Positions 9,363 to 18,300 of a stretch of 64,000 bases of DNA are shown here, one piece after another. The notes beneath the pieces are model-generated. The model was not told the DNA's origin, did not search any database, and saw only the letters and a list, made by a program, of their open reading frames with translations. Numbering within the stretch: position 1 is the stretch's first letter; each line of letters begins with the position of its first letter. A program made the translations under genes and the position numbers. Location of the stretch: NCBI GenBank assembly GCA_038244915.1, contig JBBRSZ010000008.1, positions 41,636-105,635 on the forward strand, in the 5' to 3' direction. The stretch comes from Burkholderiales bacterium. Its GTDB lineage: Bacteria > Pseudomonadota > Gammaproteobacteria > Burkholderiales > Burkholderiaceae_C.

Positions 9363-10443
9363 GCAGGTTCCAGCCCTGGGTCGTGACCAGCACGCCGGAG
9401 GAGAACGAGCTCAGCGCCAGGGTGGCGAACACGAAGAAGTTGAGCGCGCCCTGGGCCCGGTCCTTTTCCTCCGGGGTGTAGGCCGAGAGCGAAAGCGTGG
9501 TGCTGCCGGTGAACAGGAAGTTCCAGCCCACCCCCAGCAGGAACAGCGCCACCAGGAACTGCTGCAGCTCCACTCCCGACAAGGCGACGACGATGCACGC
9601 GAGGTTGAGCGCCACACCCACACCCATCACGGGCAGCGCACCGAACCGTTTGATCAGGCTGCCGGTGAAAAAGCCCGGCGCGAACATGCCGATCACATGC
9701 CACTCCAGCACCAGCGCGGCGTCGCTGAACGGCAGCCGACACTGCTGCATCGCGATCGGCGTGGCCGCCATCAGCAGGTTCATCACGCCGTAACTGAGCG
9801 CGCCAGCCGCAGCGGCCACCATGAACACCGGCTGCGCCATGATCTTCGCCAGCGAGCGGCCATTGCCGGCGGCAGTGCGTGACGGCGCCGGCGCGAATTC
9901 CAGGAACGACATCAGCAGCATGGCCAGCAGCGCTACGCCAGCCAACGCGATGTAGGCGCCGGCGAATGGCACAGCGAACAGATCGCGTGTGCGGGCTGCC
10001 AGGTTGGGCCCGAGCACCGCGCCCAGCAGGCCGCCGGCCATCACCAATGACACCGCTTTCTCGCGCGCCGCCGGCGCGGCCAGTTCGGCCGCCGCGAACC
10101 GGTACAGGCCGGCGTTGGCGTTGTAGTAACCGGCGACCACCGTCGCAAAGCACAGCAACCAGAAATTCCTGCTGGCCGCCGCATAGGTGCATAGCAGGGC
10201 CGACAGCAGCGCCACGCACAGTCCCAGCTGGAACGAACGCTTGCGCCCGAGCAGGCGCTGGGTTCTGGCCACCATGCCGGTGGACAGCGCGCTGCCGACC
10301 ACATAACCCATCACCGGCAGCGTCGCCATCCAGCCCAGCGGCGCCAGCGACAGCCCGACCAGCCCGTTGATCGCGATGAAGGTGACGTTGTTGGTGAGGA
10401 AAAGGCCCTGGCAGATGGCCAGCAGCCAGAGGTTGCGGTTCAT
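9274..10443 (-). CDS. MFS transporter
   Basis: About 12 hydrophobic segments and the MFS loop motif ARTQRLLGRKRSF. Its ATG overlaps the rsmE stop (ATGA). Confidence 0.8.
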   Translation of the reverse strand: MNRNLWLLAICQGLFLTNNVTFIAINGLVGLSLAPLGWMATLPVMGYVVGSALSTGMVARTQRLLGRKRSFQLGLCVALLSALLCTYAAASRNFWLLCFATVVAGYYNANAGLYRFAAAELAAPAAREKAVSLVMAGGLLGAVLGPNLAARTRDLFAVPFAGAYIALAGVALLAMLLMSFLEFAPAPSRTAAGNGRSLAKIMAQPVFMVAAAAGALSYGVMNLLMAATPIAMQQCRLPFSDAALVLEWHVIGMFAPGFFTGSLIKRFGALPVMGVGVALNLACIVVALSGVELQQFLVALFLLGVGWNFLFTGSTTLSLSAYTPEEKDRAQGALNFFVFATLALSSFSSGVLVTTQGWNLLNYGSLLPVLLTAAALVWLGLRSARPATA

Positions 10444-11168
10444 CGGGCCAGTGTAAGAGCAGCCAGCGCCGCCAGCGGTGCGGTCTCGGCGCGCAGCACG
10501 CGTGGTCCAAGTGTCGCGCGCCGGAACCCGGCCGCGATGGCCAGCTCCTCTTCCTGTGGCGTCAGCCCACCCTCGGGCCCGGACAGCAACAGCGCCGCGC
10601 CCTCGTCACCGGCGACCGCGCGGATTGGCTGCGCTTCCAATGCCAGCGACAGCAGCAGCCGCGAGGGGCTGCTGGGGGTCGCCGCACCGAGCGCAGCAAG
10701 CCATTGCGCGAGGCCGGCCACGGGATGCAGCATCGGGACCCGATTGCGCCCGCTCTGTTCGCAGGCCGCGATCGCGACCGCCTGCCAGTGCGCCTGCTTC
10801 TTTTCGGCCCGCTCGCCCTGCAGCTTGAGCACGCTGCGTTGCGCCAGCACCGGCTGGATGCTGGCGGCGCCCAGCTCCGCCGCCTTCTCCACCAGCCAGT
10901 CCATCCGTTCGTTGGCCGGCATGCCGACCACCAGGTGGACCGCCCGCGCTGCTTCCCGTTCGATCGGATGGTGGCTGCCGACCGTCACGCTGACGTCGCT
11001 GCGGCCGATGCGCTCGATCACGGCGTCGAACTCGCCGCCATCCCCGTTGAACAGCGTCACGGTTTCGCCCGGCTGCATCCGCAGCACCTGGACATGGCGC
11101 GCCGCCGATGGCGGCAGCGCCAGCGCGTCGCCGCTGGCGAGCGGCAGGGGGCAATGGAGCCGGGGCAT
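10440..11168 (-). CDS. rsmE: 16S rRNA (uracil1498-N3)-methyltransferase
   Basis: MPRLHCPLPL...HVQVLRMQPGETVTLFNGDGGEFDAVI and the C-terminal LSGPEGGLTPQEEELA...LGPRVLRAETA are RsmE hallmarks. Confidence 0.85.
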   Translation of the reverse strand: MPRLHCPLPLASGDALALPPSAARHVQVLRMQPGETVTLFNGDGGEFDAVIERIGRSDVSVTVGSHHPIEREAARAVHLVVGMPANERMDWLVEKAAELGAASIQPVLAQRSVLKLQGERAEKKQAHWQAVAIAACEQSGRNRVPMLHPVAGLAQWLAALGAATPSSPSRLLLSLALEAQPIRAVAGDEGAALLLSGPEGGLTPQEEELAIAAGFRRATLGPRVLRAETAPLAALAALTLAR

Positions 11169-11194
11169 GGGCTGCTGCGCTCAGGCGTGCCGGG

Positions 11195-12292
11195 TCACAC
11201 GCGGCCGAACACGAAGGCGGCCGTCTGCTGCGTGCCTTCGACTTCGTCGACCAGCCGCAACAAGGGCGCCAACTCGCGGTAGCGGCTGGCGGTGGCACGG
11301 ATGTAGGCCAGGAAGCGCGGCGTGTCGGCCAGGTAGCGCGGCTTGCCGTCGCGCAGCGTCAACCGCGCGAAGATGCCGGCGACCTTCAGGTGCCGCTGCA
11401 GCCCCATCCATTCCACCGCCTTGTAGAACTCGCCAAAGTCGTTGTCCACCGGCAGGCCGGCTTTCTGCGCCCGCTGCCAGTAGCGCACCGTGATGTCCAG
11501 GACGAACTCCTCGTCCCAGCTGAGGAAGGCGTCGCGCATCAGGCTGGCGATGTCGTAGGTGATGGGGCCGTACACCGCGTCCTGGAAATCGAGCACGCCC
11601 AGGCGCTGCTCGGCCGCATCCAGCGGCATCATCAAGTTGCGCGGCATGAAGTCGCGGTGCACGTACACCTGCGGCGAGGCCAGGTTGCGCTCGATGATCA
11701 GGGCGAAGGTGCGATCCAGCGTCTCCCGCACCGGGCCAGCCACCGTGATCCCTTTGTGCTGCCCGAGGTACCACTGCGCAAACAGCTCCAGCTCGCGCCC
11801 CAGCAAGGCCTTGTCATAGACCGGGAGCACACCGGGACGGGAGGCAGCCTGCCAGGCGACCAGGGCGTCCGCGGCCCGCAGGTACAGGCCCTGATTGGCA
11901 GACGGGTCGTCGCGGTCGATCACTTCCATCATGGTCTGGGTGCCCAGGTCCTGCAGCAGCATGAAGCCGTTGGCCCGGTCCCAGTCCAGCACCTGCGGCA
12001 CGTTCAGGCCGGCCTCGGCCATCAGAGCGGCGACCTTGACGAACGGCGCGCAGTCTTCCTTGTCGGGCGGCGCATCCATGATGATCCGGCTGCCCTGGTC
12101 GCTGTCGATGCGCAGGTAGCGGCGGAAGCTGGCGTCGGCTGACGCCAGCCGCAGGCTCGTCGGCCGCAGGCCGTGGGGCGGCCCGACCCGGTCGAGCCAG
12201 TTATGGAAGGCGGCTTCGCGGACCGGCTCGGTCCACTCGACGGGAGACGAAGCGCCGGCAAGCGCGGCAGTCGAAGGCGGTGGATTGCTCAT
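11195..12292 (-). CDS. amgK: aminoglycoside-phosphotransferase-fold kinase, AmgK-like (anomeric MurNAc/GlcNAc kinase)
   Basis: APH-fold motifs FRRYLRI and VHRDFMPRNLM...VLDFQDA. It is divergent from lptD, as amgK is in Pseudomonas (from memory). Confidence 0.65.
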   Translation of the reverse strand: MSNPPPSTAALAGASSPVEWTEPVREAAFHNWLDRVGPPHGLRPTSLRLASADASFRRYLRIDSDQGSRIIMDAPPDKEDCAPFVKVAALMAEAGLNVPQVLDWDRANGFMLLQDLGTQTMMEVIDRDDPSANQGLYLRAADALVAWQAASRPGVLPVYDKALLGRELELFAQWYLGQHKGITVAGPVRETLDRTFALIIERNLASPQVYVHRDFMPRNLMMPLDAAEQRLGVLDFQDAVYGPITYDIASLMRDAFLSWDEEFVLDITVRYWQRAQKAGLPVDNDFGEFYKAVEWMGLQRHLKVAGIFARLTLRDGKPRYLADTPRFLAYIRATASRYRELAPLLRLVDEVEGTQQTAAFVFGRV

Positions 12293-12350
12293 GGATAATC
12301 CATTCTACAAATCCAGCCCTGTCCGCCGCGGCCGGCACCACCAGTCCACG

Positions 12351-14738
12351 ATGTTTCACCCGACGACGAAGGCGTTTCGCCCCCGCTTTGCCCTGACCCC
12401 GGTGGCGCTGGTGGCTTGCGCGCTGCTGCACTCGCCGGCCCACGCCCAGGCCGGCGGCGCGACCCCGGCCGTCGATGTGGGCCAGCCGGTGCTCAAGCCC
12501 AGTCCGCGCTTGCGCGAAGACATCCCGCCATCGGTGCGGCCCAACCTGCCAACCTACCTGTCGGGCGAGCGCGCCTCCGGTCGCACCGACCTGGAAACCG
12601 TGGTCGAGGGCGACGCCGAACTGCGGCGCGGCGACATGACGATCCGTTCGGACCGGCTCGAGTATTACCAGCCGGACGACCTGGCCAAGGCGCGCGGCAA
12701 CGTGCACATCAACCGCGCCGGCAACACCTTCGAAGGCCCGCTGCTGGAACTCAAGGTCGACGCCTTCGAGGGCTTCTTCCTGGCACCGCGCTACCGGTTC
12801 CTCAAGAACGGCGCCTACGGCGAGGCCGAGCGGGTCGATTTTCTCGACGACAAGCGCGCGATCATCCGCAACGCCACCTACACCACCTGCCAGCGCCGTC
12901 CGGGCCCAAGCTGGATGCCGGACTGGATCCTGCGCGCCGCCAGCATCCGGATCGACAACGAGGAAGAAACCGGCCATGCGAGCGGCGCGGTGCTGAGCTT
13001 CTTCAAGGTGCCCATCCTGCCGGTGCCGGAGCTGAGTTTTCCGCTGTCCGACAAGCGCAAGTCGGGTTTGCTGCCGCCGACGTTCGGCCTGGACAACCTC
13101 AACGGCGTCGAGCTGACGCTGCCGTACTACTGGGACATCGCGCCCAATCGCGATGCCACCTTCTTCCCGGCCGTGATGTCCAAGCGCGGCATCGACCTGG
13201 GCGGCGAGTTCCGCTACCTCGAGCCCGCCTACCAAGGCACGCTGCGCGCCAACTACATGCCCAGCGACACGCTGCGCGATCGCGATCGCTGGGGCTACGC
13301 ATTGGTCCATACCGGCAGTTTCTCGACCGGCCTGAGCGCGATCGGTAACCTCGGGCTGAACCTCAATCTGAACCGCGTCAGCGACGACAACTACTGGCGC
13401 GACTTTTCCCGCTCCGGCAGTTCGCTGACGCAACGCCTGCTGGCCAGCGACGGCTCGGTGTCGTGGAGCCGGGGGAACCTGTCGCTGAGCGCTCGGTCGC
13501 TCACATGGCAGACCTTGCAGGACGTCAGCTCGCCGATCGTGCCGCCGTACGACCGCCTGCCGCAACTGGTCGCCCGCTATGCCCGAAGCAACCTGGCCGC
13601 AGGCCTGGACACGTCGGTCGAGGCCGATTACACGCAGTTCCATTCGGACCGCACCCTCACCGGCCAGCCCAACGCCAAACGCAGCTACGTGCTGGCGCAG
13701 GTCAGCCGCCCGTGGCAGGCGCCCGGCTGGTTCTTCACGCCCAAGCTGCAGCTGCACGCGACCAATTACCAGTTCGACGCGCCGCTGGCCAATGGCGACA
13801 CCAATGTGAGCCGGGTGGTACCGACGCTCAGCCTGGACGGTGGCCTGGTGTTCGAGCGCGACGCCCGCTTCTTCGGCCGTGCGTTCCGCCAGACGCTCGA
13901 ACCGCGGGCGTTCTACGTCCATACGCCGTTCCGAGACCAGAGCCTGCTGCCCAACTACGATTCGGCGCAGACCGACTTCAATTTCGCCACCATCTACACC
14001 GAGAACGCGTTCGGCGGCAACGACCGCATCTCGGACAACAACCTGCTGACGCTGGGCGCCACCACCCGCCTGCTGGATCCGGACACCGGCGCCGAGGCGG
14101 CGCGCTTCGGCGTCGCCCAGCGGCTGCGCTTCAAGGACCAGAACGTCACGCTGCCCGGCGGCACGCCGGTGAGCGAGCGGCTGTCGGACATCCTGTTCGG
14201 CGCCTCGGTGAACTGGGTGCCACGGTGGAGCACCGACGCGACCGTGCAATACAACCCCAAGACGGGGCGGTCGATCCGCTCCACCATCGGTGCCCGCTAC
14301 AGCCCCGGCAACTACCGGGTGGTGAGCGCGGCCTACCGTCTGCAGCGCGGCTCCAGCGAACAGCTGGACGTCGGCTGGCAATGGCCGATCAACGACCTGT
14401 GGGGCGACAAGGGGCAGAACCTCGGACCCGGCATGGGCGAAGGCGAAGGCCGTTGGTACAGCGTCGGCCGGCTGAACTACAGCCTGCAGGACAAGAAGCT
14501 GGTCGATGCCGTGGTCGGGCTGGAGTACGATGCCGGCTGCTGGCTGGGACGGGTGGTGGTCGAGCGGCTGCAAAGCAGCACCTCGTCGTCCAACAAGCGG
14601 ATCCTGTTCCAGCTCGAGTTCGTTGGCTTCACTCGCCTGGGCTCGAACGCCCTGCAGTCGCTGCGGGAAAATATCCCCCGCTACCAGTACCTGCGCGAAA
14701 AGGTCACCACGCCCAGCCGCTTCAGCAACTACGATTGA
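12351..14738 (+). CDS. lptD: LPS-assembly outer-membrane protein LptD
   Basis: Signal peptide MFHPTTKAFRPRFALTPVALVACALLHSPAHA. It also has an OstA N-domain (RSDRLEYYQPDDLAKARGNVHINRAGNTFEGPLLELKVD), a large beta-barrel, and synteny with surA. Confidence 0.9.
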   Translation: MFHPTTKAFRPRFALTPVALVACALLHSPAHAQAGGATPAVDVGQPVLKPSPRLREDIPPSVRPNLPTYLSGERASGRTDLETVVEGDAELRRGDMTIRSDRLEYYQPDDLAKARGNVHINRAGNTFEGPLLELKVDAFEGFFLAPRYRFLKNGAYGEAERVDFLDDKRAIIRNATYTTCQRRPGPSWMPDWILRAASIRIDNEEETGHASGAVLSFFKVPILPVPELSFPLSDKRKSGLLPPTFGLDNLNGVELTLPYYWDIAPNRDATFFPAVMSKRGIDLGGEFRYLEPAYQGTLRANYMPSDTLRDRDRWGYALVHTGSFSTGLSAIGNLGLNLNLNRVSDDNYWRDFSRSGSSLTQRLLASDGSVSWSRGNLSLSARSLTWQTLQDVSSPIVPPYDRLPQLVARYARSNLAAGLDTSVEADYTQFHSDRTLTGQPNAKRSYVLAQVSRPWQAPGWFFTPKLQLHATNYQFDAPLANGDTNVSRVVPTLSLDGGLVFERDARFFGRAFRQTLEPRAFYVHTPFRDQSLLPNYDSAQTDFNFATIYTENAFGGNDRISDNNLLTLGATTRLLDPDTGAEAARFGVAQRLRFKDQNVTLPGGTPVSERLSDILFGASVNWVPRWSTDATVQYNPKTGRSIRSTIGARYSPGNYRVVSAAYRLQRGSSEQLDVGWQWPINDLWGDKGQNLGPGMGEGEGRWYSVGRLNYSLQDKKLVDAVVGLEYDAGCWLGRVVVERLQSSTSSSNKRILFQLEFVGFTRLGSNALQSLRENIPRYQYLREKVTTPSRFSNYD

Positions 14739-14752
14739 ATTCCAACCACAGC

Positions 14753-16132
14753 ATGATCAAACAACGCGCCTTCGTCCTGGGATTTGCACTGGTGGCGCAT
14801 GCCGTGGCCCTGGTTCCTGCCGCGCATGGCCAGGGGCTACGGGTGTCGCCGCAGCTGGGCGGCGCCCGCTCCGCCGTTCGTGCCAGCGACAGTTCGCCGC
14901 GGGCGGCGGACTACATCGTCGCCGTCGTCAACTCCGAGCCGATCACCAACAACGAGGTCCGCTCGCGGATGATCCGCTTCGAGCAGCAGCTGGCCCAGCA
15001 GGGCACGGCGCTGCCGCCCCGGGCGGAACTGGCCCGCCAGGTGCTCGAGCGGCTGATCAGCGAGAAGGCGCAGCTGCAACTGGCCCGCGAAACCGGGATC
15101 AAGATCGACGATGCGACGCTGGACCAGGCGGAGCAAAACGTGGCCCGCCAGAACCAGGTGGACGTCGCCGAGTTCCGGCGCCGCATCGCCGCCGATGGCG
15201 TCGAGCCGTCGCAGTTCCGGGACGACCTGCGCAACCAGCTGTTGCTGACGCGGCTGCGCGATCGCGAGCTGGAAGCCAAGGTCCGGGTGTCGGACCTGGA
15301 ACTCGACCAGTACATCCGCGAGCAGCAGGGGCTGAGTGACGCGTCAGCCGTCGAGCTCAATCTGGCACACATCCTGATCGCGGTTCCCGACGGTGCGACG
15401 CTGCAGCAGGCGACTGCCTTGCAGGCCAAGGCGCTGCGGGTGCAGGAGCGCGCTGCCGCCGGCGAGGACTTCGCCAAGCTCGCGCGCGAGTTTTCCGACG
15501 CCCCGGAGGCTGCGGCCACCGGCGGCGTTGTCGGCCTGCGCACGGCGGACCGCTACCCACCCCTATTCGTCGAAGCAACGCAGGAGCTGCGCGAAGGCGG
15601 CGTCAGTAAGGTGGTCCGCTCTGGCGCGGGCTTCCACATCATCAAGGTGGTCGAGAAGCGCCACGGTGGTCTGCCGGGCGCCCACGTGATCCAGAACCAC
15701 GCCCGCCACATCCTGCTGCGGCCCACCGCCCAGATGAGCGAAGAAGCAGCACGCGCCAAGCTGGCCGACTTCAAGAAGCGAGTCGAAGCCGGCCAGGCCG
15801 ATTTCGCCCAGCTGGCCAAGGAGAACTCGCAGGACGCGAGCGCCCGCAATGGTGGCGACCTCGGATGGGCCAACCCGGGCCTGTTCGTGCCGGAATTCGA
15901 AGACACGCTCAATGCGCTGTCGCCCGGCCAGATCTCCGAACCGCTGGTGTCGCGCTTCGGCGTCCACCTGATCCAGTTGCTGGAGCGGCGCGAGGCGTCT
16001 CTGAGCCAGCGCGAACAGCGTGACCTGGCACGCAACCTGGTGCGTGAGAAGAAATTGGATGAGGCCTACGTCAGCTGGGCCCAGGACGTTCGCGGCCGGG
16101 CGTACGTGGAATACCGCGATCCGCCCCAGTGA
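14753..16132 (+). CDS. surA: periplasmic chaperone/peptidyl-prolyl isomerase SurA
   Basis: ATG 14753, a signal peptide, the SurA N-domain, and two parvulin segments (HILI..., HILLRP...DLGW...[12 protein letters not shown]). Confidence 0.9.
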   Translation: MIKQRAFVLGFALVAHAVALVPAAHGQGLRVSPQLGGARSAVRASDSSPRAADYIVAVVNSEPITNNEVRSRMIRFEQQLAQQGTALPPRAELARQVLERLISEKAQLQLARETGIKIDDATLDQAEQNVARQNQVDVAEFRRRIAADGVEPSQFRDDLRNQLLLTRLRDRELEAKVRVSDLELDQYIREQQGLSDASAVELNLAHILIAVPDGATLQQATALQAKALRVQERAAAGEDFAKLAREFSDAPEAAATGGVVGLRTADRYPPLFVEATQELREGGVSKVVRSGAGFHIIKVVEKRHGGLPGAHVIQNHARHILLRPTAQMSEEAARAKLADFKKRVEAGQADFAQLAKENSQDASARNGGDLGWANPGLFVPEFEDTLNALSPGQISEPLVSRFGVHLIQLLERREASLSQREQRDLARNLVREKKLDEAYVSWAQDVRGRAYVEYRDPPQ

Positions 16133-16899
16133 AGCACATTCCGCGCAAGCGCTTCGGCCAGCACTTCCTGGCTGACGCGGGCATCGTCGATGCGATCGTC
16201 CGCGCGATCGATCCGCGGCCGGGGGAGGCGATGGTCGAAATCGGCCCCGGGCTGGCGGCGCTGACACAGCCGCTGGTCGAGCGGCTGGGCCAACTGACCG
16301 TGATCGAGCTCGATCGGGACCTGGCCGCCAGGCTGCGCAGCCACGGCCAGCTCACGGTGATCGAGTCCGACGTGCTGAAGGTCGACTTCGCCGAGCTGGC
16401 CAGGGCCATGGGCCAGCCGCGGGTTCGGGTGGTCGGGAATCTGCCCTACAACATCTCCACACCTATCCTGTTCCACCTGCTGGGCTTTGTCGACAGCGTG
16501 CAGGACCAGCACTTCATGCTGCAAAGGGAAGTGATCGACCGGATGGTGGCGCGGCCCTCGACCAGCGACTACGGCCGGCTTTCGGTGATGCTGCAGTGGC
16601 GCTACGAGATGGAGAACGTGCTGTTCGTGCCGCCCGAATCGTTCGATCCGCCACCGCGGGTGGACAGCGCCGTGGTTCGCATGGTGCCGCGGGCAGCGTC
16701 CGTTGCCGTGGACGAGAAGCTATTGTCGGAGCTGGTCCAGGTTGCCTTCAGCCAGCGCCGCAAGATCCTGCGCCACACGCTGGGCAAGTGGCTGGAGCAG
16801 AAGAACTTCGCTGGTGCGTTCGATGTGCAGCGGCGTGCCGAGGAAGTGCCGGTTGAGGAATACCTCGCAGTGGCGCAAGCCGTTGCAGCCAGTTCCTGA
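16129..16899 (+). CDS. rsmA: 16S rRNA (adenine1518/1519-N6)-dimethyltransferase
   Basis: [21 protein letters not shown]...[11 protein letters not shown]...[12 protein letters not shown]. The GTG start overlaps the surA TGA. Confidence 0.9.
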   Translation: MKHIPRKRFGQHFLADAGIVDAIVRAIDPRPGEAMVEIGPGLAALTQPLVERLGQLTVIELDRDLAARLRSHGQLTVIESDVLKVDFAELARAMGQPRVRVVGNLPYNISTPILFHLLGFVDSVQDQHFMLQREVIDRMVARPSTSDYGRLSVMLQWRYEMENVLFVPPESFDPPPRVDSAVVRMVPRAASVAVDEKLLSELVQVAFSQRRKILRHTLGKWLEQKNFAGAFDVQRRAEEVPVEEYLAVAQAVAASS

Positions 16900-16967
16900 A
16901 ATTCCCATGCCGTCGATCAACAAGAAGCCGGCCGGCCTTTTGCTAACGGCTGTTCCTCACACCCATG

Positions 16968-17000
16968 AAAAAGCCCGTCTCGCAGGACGGGCTTTGTTGC
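16968..17000. terminator. A-tract/hairpin/T-tract, probable bidirectional intrinsic terminator after rsmA
   Basis: aaaaaGCCCGTCtcgcagGACGGGCtttgttg. The 7-bp GC stem extends to 10 bp with A:T pairs, and a U-tract is available on both strands. Confidence 0.55.
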
Positions 17001-17166
17001 TTCAGGTGGCGATCAAGCCGCCGCGAGCCAATACCCGGCGTTGAAGGGGCTGCTCATTCGCAGCGCCAGGGGCGAGATGTCCACCAACAGGTCGGTGGGC
17101 ATCTTCTCTCCGTTGTCGGTCGCCGGTGCGGCAAGTTCTGCCGTTACGGTTCCCTGAGCCTCATTC

Positions 17167-17201
17167 GCCCGTTCTGCTTGGCTGGTGTGTGCAGAACGGG
17201 C
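17167..17201 (-). terminator. perfect 11-bp inverted repeat overlapping the barstar stop codon (hairpin with no clear U-tract)
   Basis: GCCCGTTCTGC (17167-17177), a 13-nt loop, then GCAGAACGGGC (17191-17201). Confidence 0.35.
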
Positions 17202-17671
17202 TACAGAAAAGAATAGAAACAGCGGAACGGTATCTTCCGGTCTGCCCAGTAATCGGCGGTGTCGCGGAAGATGTCCAGCAGCTGTTCGCGCGCCTCCTTG
17301 TCGAACTTGCCGTTGGCCGGGATCTGCTCGAGCACCACGATGAACCCGGGCTGGGGGCCCGACTTGTGCAACGGGTCTGTCATGCAGTCGTACAGCGCGT
17401 CGAAGTTCTTGCCGAAGTGCGACGGCAGGGTGAACTGCTGGGCGATCAAGTCCAGCACGTCCTGCTTGCTCTGCGCCGAGGCGAGGTTGGCATACAGGAA
17501 GTGTTGTCCGAGCGCAATGGCCGCGTCCTGCAAGTCCTGCACCCGGAAGGCGCGGATCGACTGCACGATGTTGCTGCGAACGCCTTTGAGGGGCTGGTCG
17601 CCGGCTTCCTTACGAAGTGGTGTGTCCATCTCCGCGTCTCTTTCCATAGTCAAAAACAGGTCCCGACTCAT
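17201..17671 (-). CDS. barstar-family ribonuclease inhibitor with an N-terminal extension
   Basis: The C-terminal half, LPSHFGKNFDALYDCMTD...FIVVLEQ, parallels barstar LPEYYGENLDALWDCLTG. It begins 5 nt after the RNase stop. The start (17671, 17647 or 17629) is uncertain. Confidence 0.7.
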   Translation of the reverse strand: MSRDLFLTMERDAEMDTPLRKEAGDQPLKGVRSNIVQSIRAFRVQDLQDAAIALGQHFLYANLASAQSKQDVLDLIAQQFTLPSHFGKNFDALYDCMTDPLHKSGPQPGFIVVLEQIPANGKFDKEAREQLLDIFRDTADYWADRKIPFRCFYSFL

Positions 17672-17676
17672 TGGGT

Positions 17677-18084
17677 TTACTCCACGATCTTGCGAAAACT
17701 TGCGTAGTGGTCGGCGGTGTAATAACAGGCGTGTGGCGCCCGGGCTGGCCCTCCACACACGATGCGCCGGGCTCCCCGGTCGCGTGATCCTGGCGTCAGC
17801 ACGGTGTACTCGCGGTAGAAACCGCGCCTTTCGGTCGGCAGCTGACGCTCCCGGTTGCCGAACACCACGCCGTCCTTGTCGAAGGGGAAAGGCCCGCCAG
17901 CGCGGATCAATTCGTAAGTCACCTGGCCCGCCTTGGGCAACTCGGCGATCGCAATGACCGCTGAACTGTTTGGGGCTGATCCTTCCCGCGAGGGCTGCCT
18001 GGCCTGAACCAGAGCCGTGCCAGTCAACGACGCTGCCAACAAGAAGCTAGTAAGTGCAAACTTGAGAGCCGCGACGCGCGACAT
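17677..18084 (-). CDS. secreted guanyl-specific ribonuclease (RNase Sa/barnase, N1/T1 superfamily)
   Basis: Sec signal MSRVAALKFALTSFLLAASLTGTALVQA. GGPFPFDKDGVVFGNRERQLP...YREYTVLTPGSRDRGARRIVCG...YYTADHYASF aligns almost residue-for-residue with RNase Sa as I remember it. Confidence 0.85.
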   Translation of the reverse strand: MSRVAALKFALTSFLLAASLTGTALVQARQPSREGSAPNSSAVIAIAELPKAGQVTYELIRAGGPFPFDKDGVVFGNRERQLPTERRGFYREYTVLTPGSRDRGARRIVCGGPARAPHACYYTADHYASFRKIVE

Positions 18085-18222
18085 GAAACGGACCTTCTTG
18101 GGGGTGACCTTCGGGGAGACGCCAATCCCGGAACCCCGGGATCCTCAAGATCCTCGGGTAAACCCGGAAAATTCAAGAGCGCTAGTGTGACGTATCTGCC
18201 ACGAAAACGCAAGCGCCTGCAC

Positions 18223-18264
18223 AAAAATTGGGCAGCCGGAGGGGCCATTTACGGCCGCCTCCGG
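18223..18264 (-). terminator. possible intrinsic terminator downstream of maeB
   Basis: On the minus strand, the CCGGAGGCGGCC/GGCCCCTCCGG stem (one bulge) is followed 8 nt later by TTTTT. Confidence 0.4.
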
Positions 18265-18300
18265 TGTCAAGCGAGTGAGCGCCCGCTGTTGCCTGGGGCT

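Noticed and set aside
16927-16941. The GC palindrome GCCGGCCGGCC followed by TTTT, just after rsmA.
   Set aside because: It has no loop, so a stable hairpin is doubtful. The stronger terminator at 16968-17000 explains termination.
17013-17102. A 29-aa minus-strand ORF (MPTDLLVDISPLALRMSSPFNAGYWLAAA), preceded by GGAGAG, in the 300-bp rsmA/barstar intergenic region.
   Set aside because: It is too short, no family is recognisable, and the SD spacing is only 3 nt. It cannot be supported without conservation or ribosome-profiling data.
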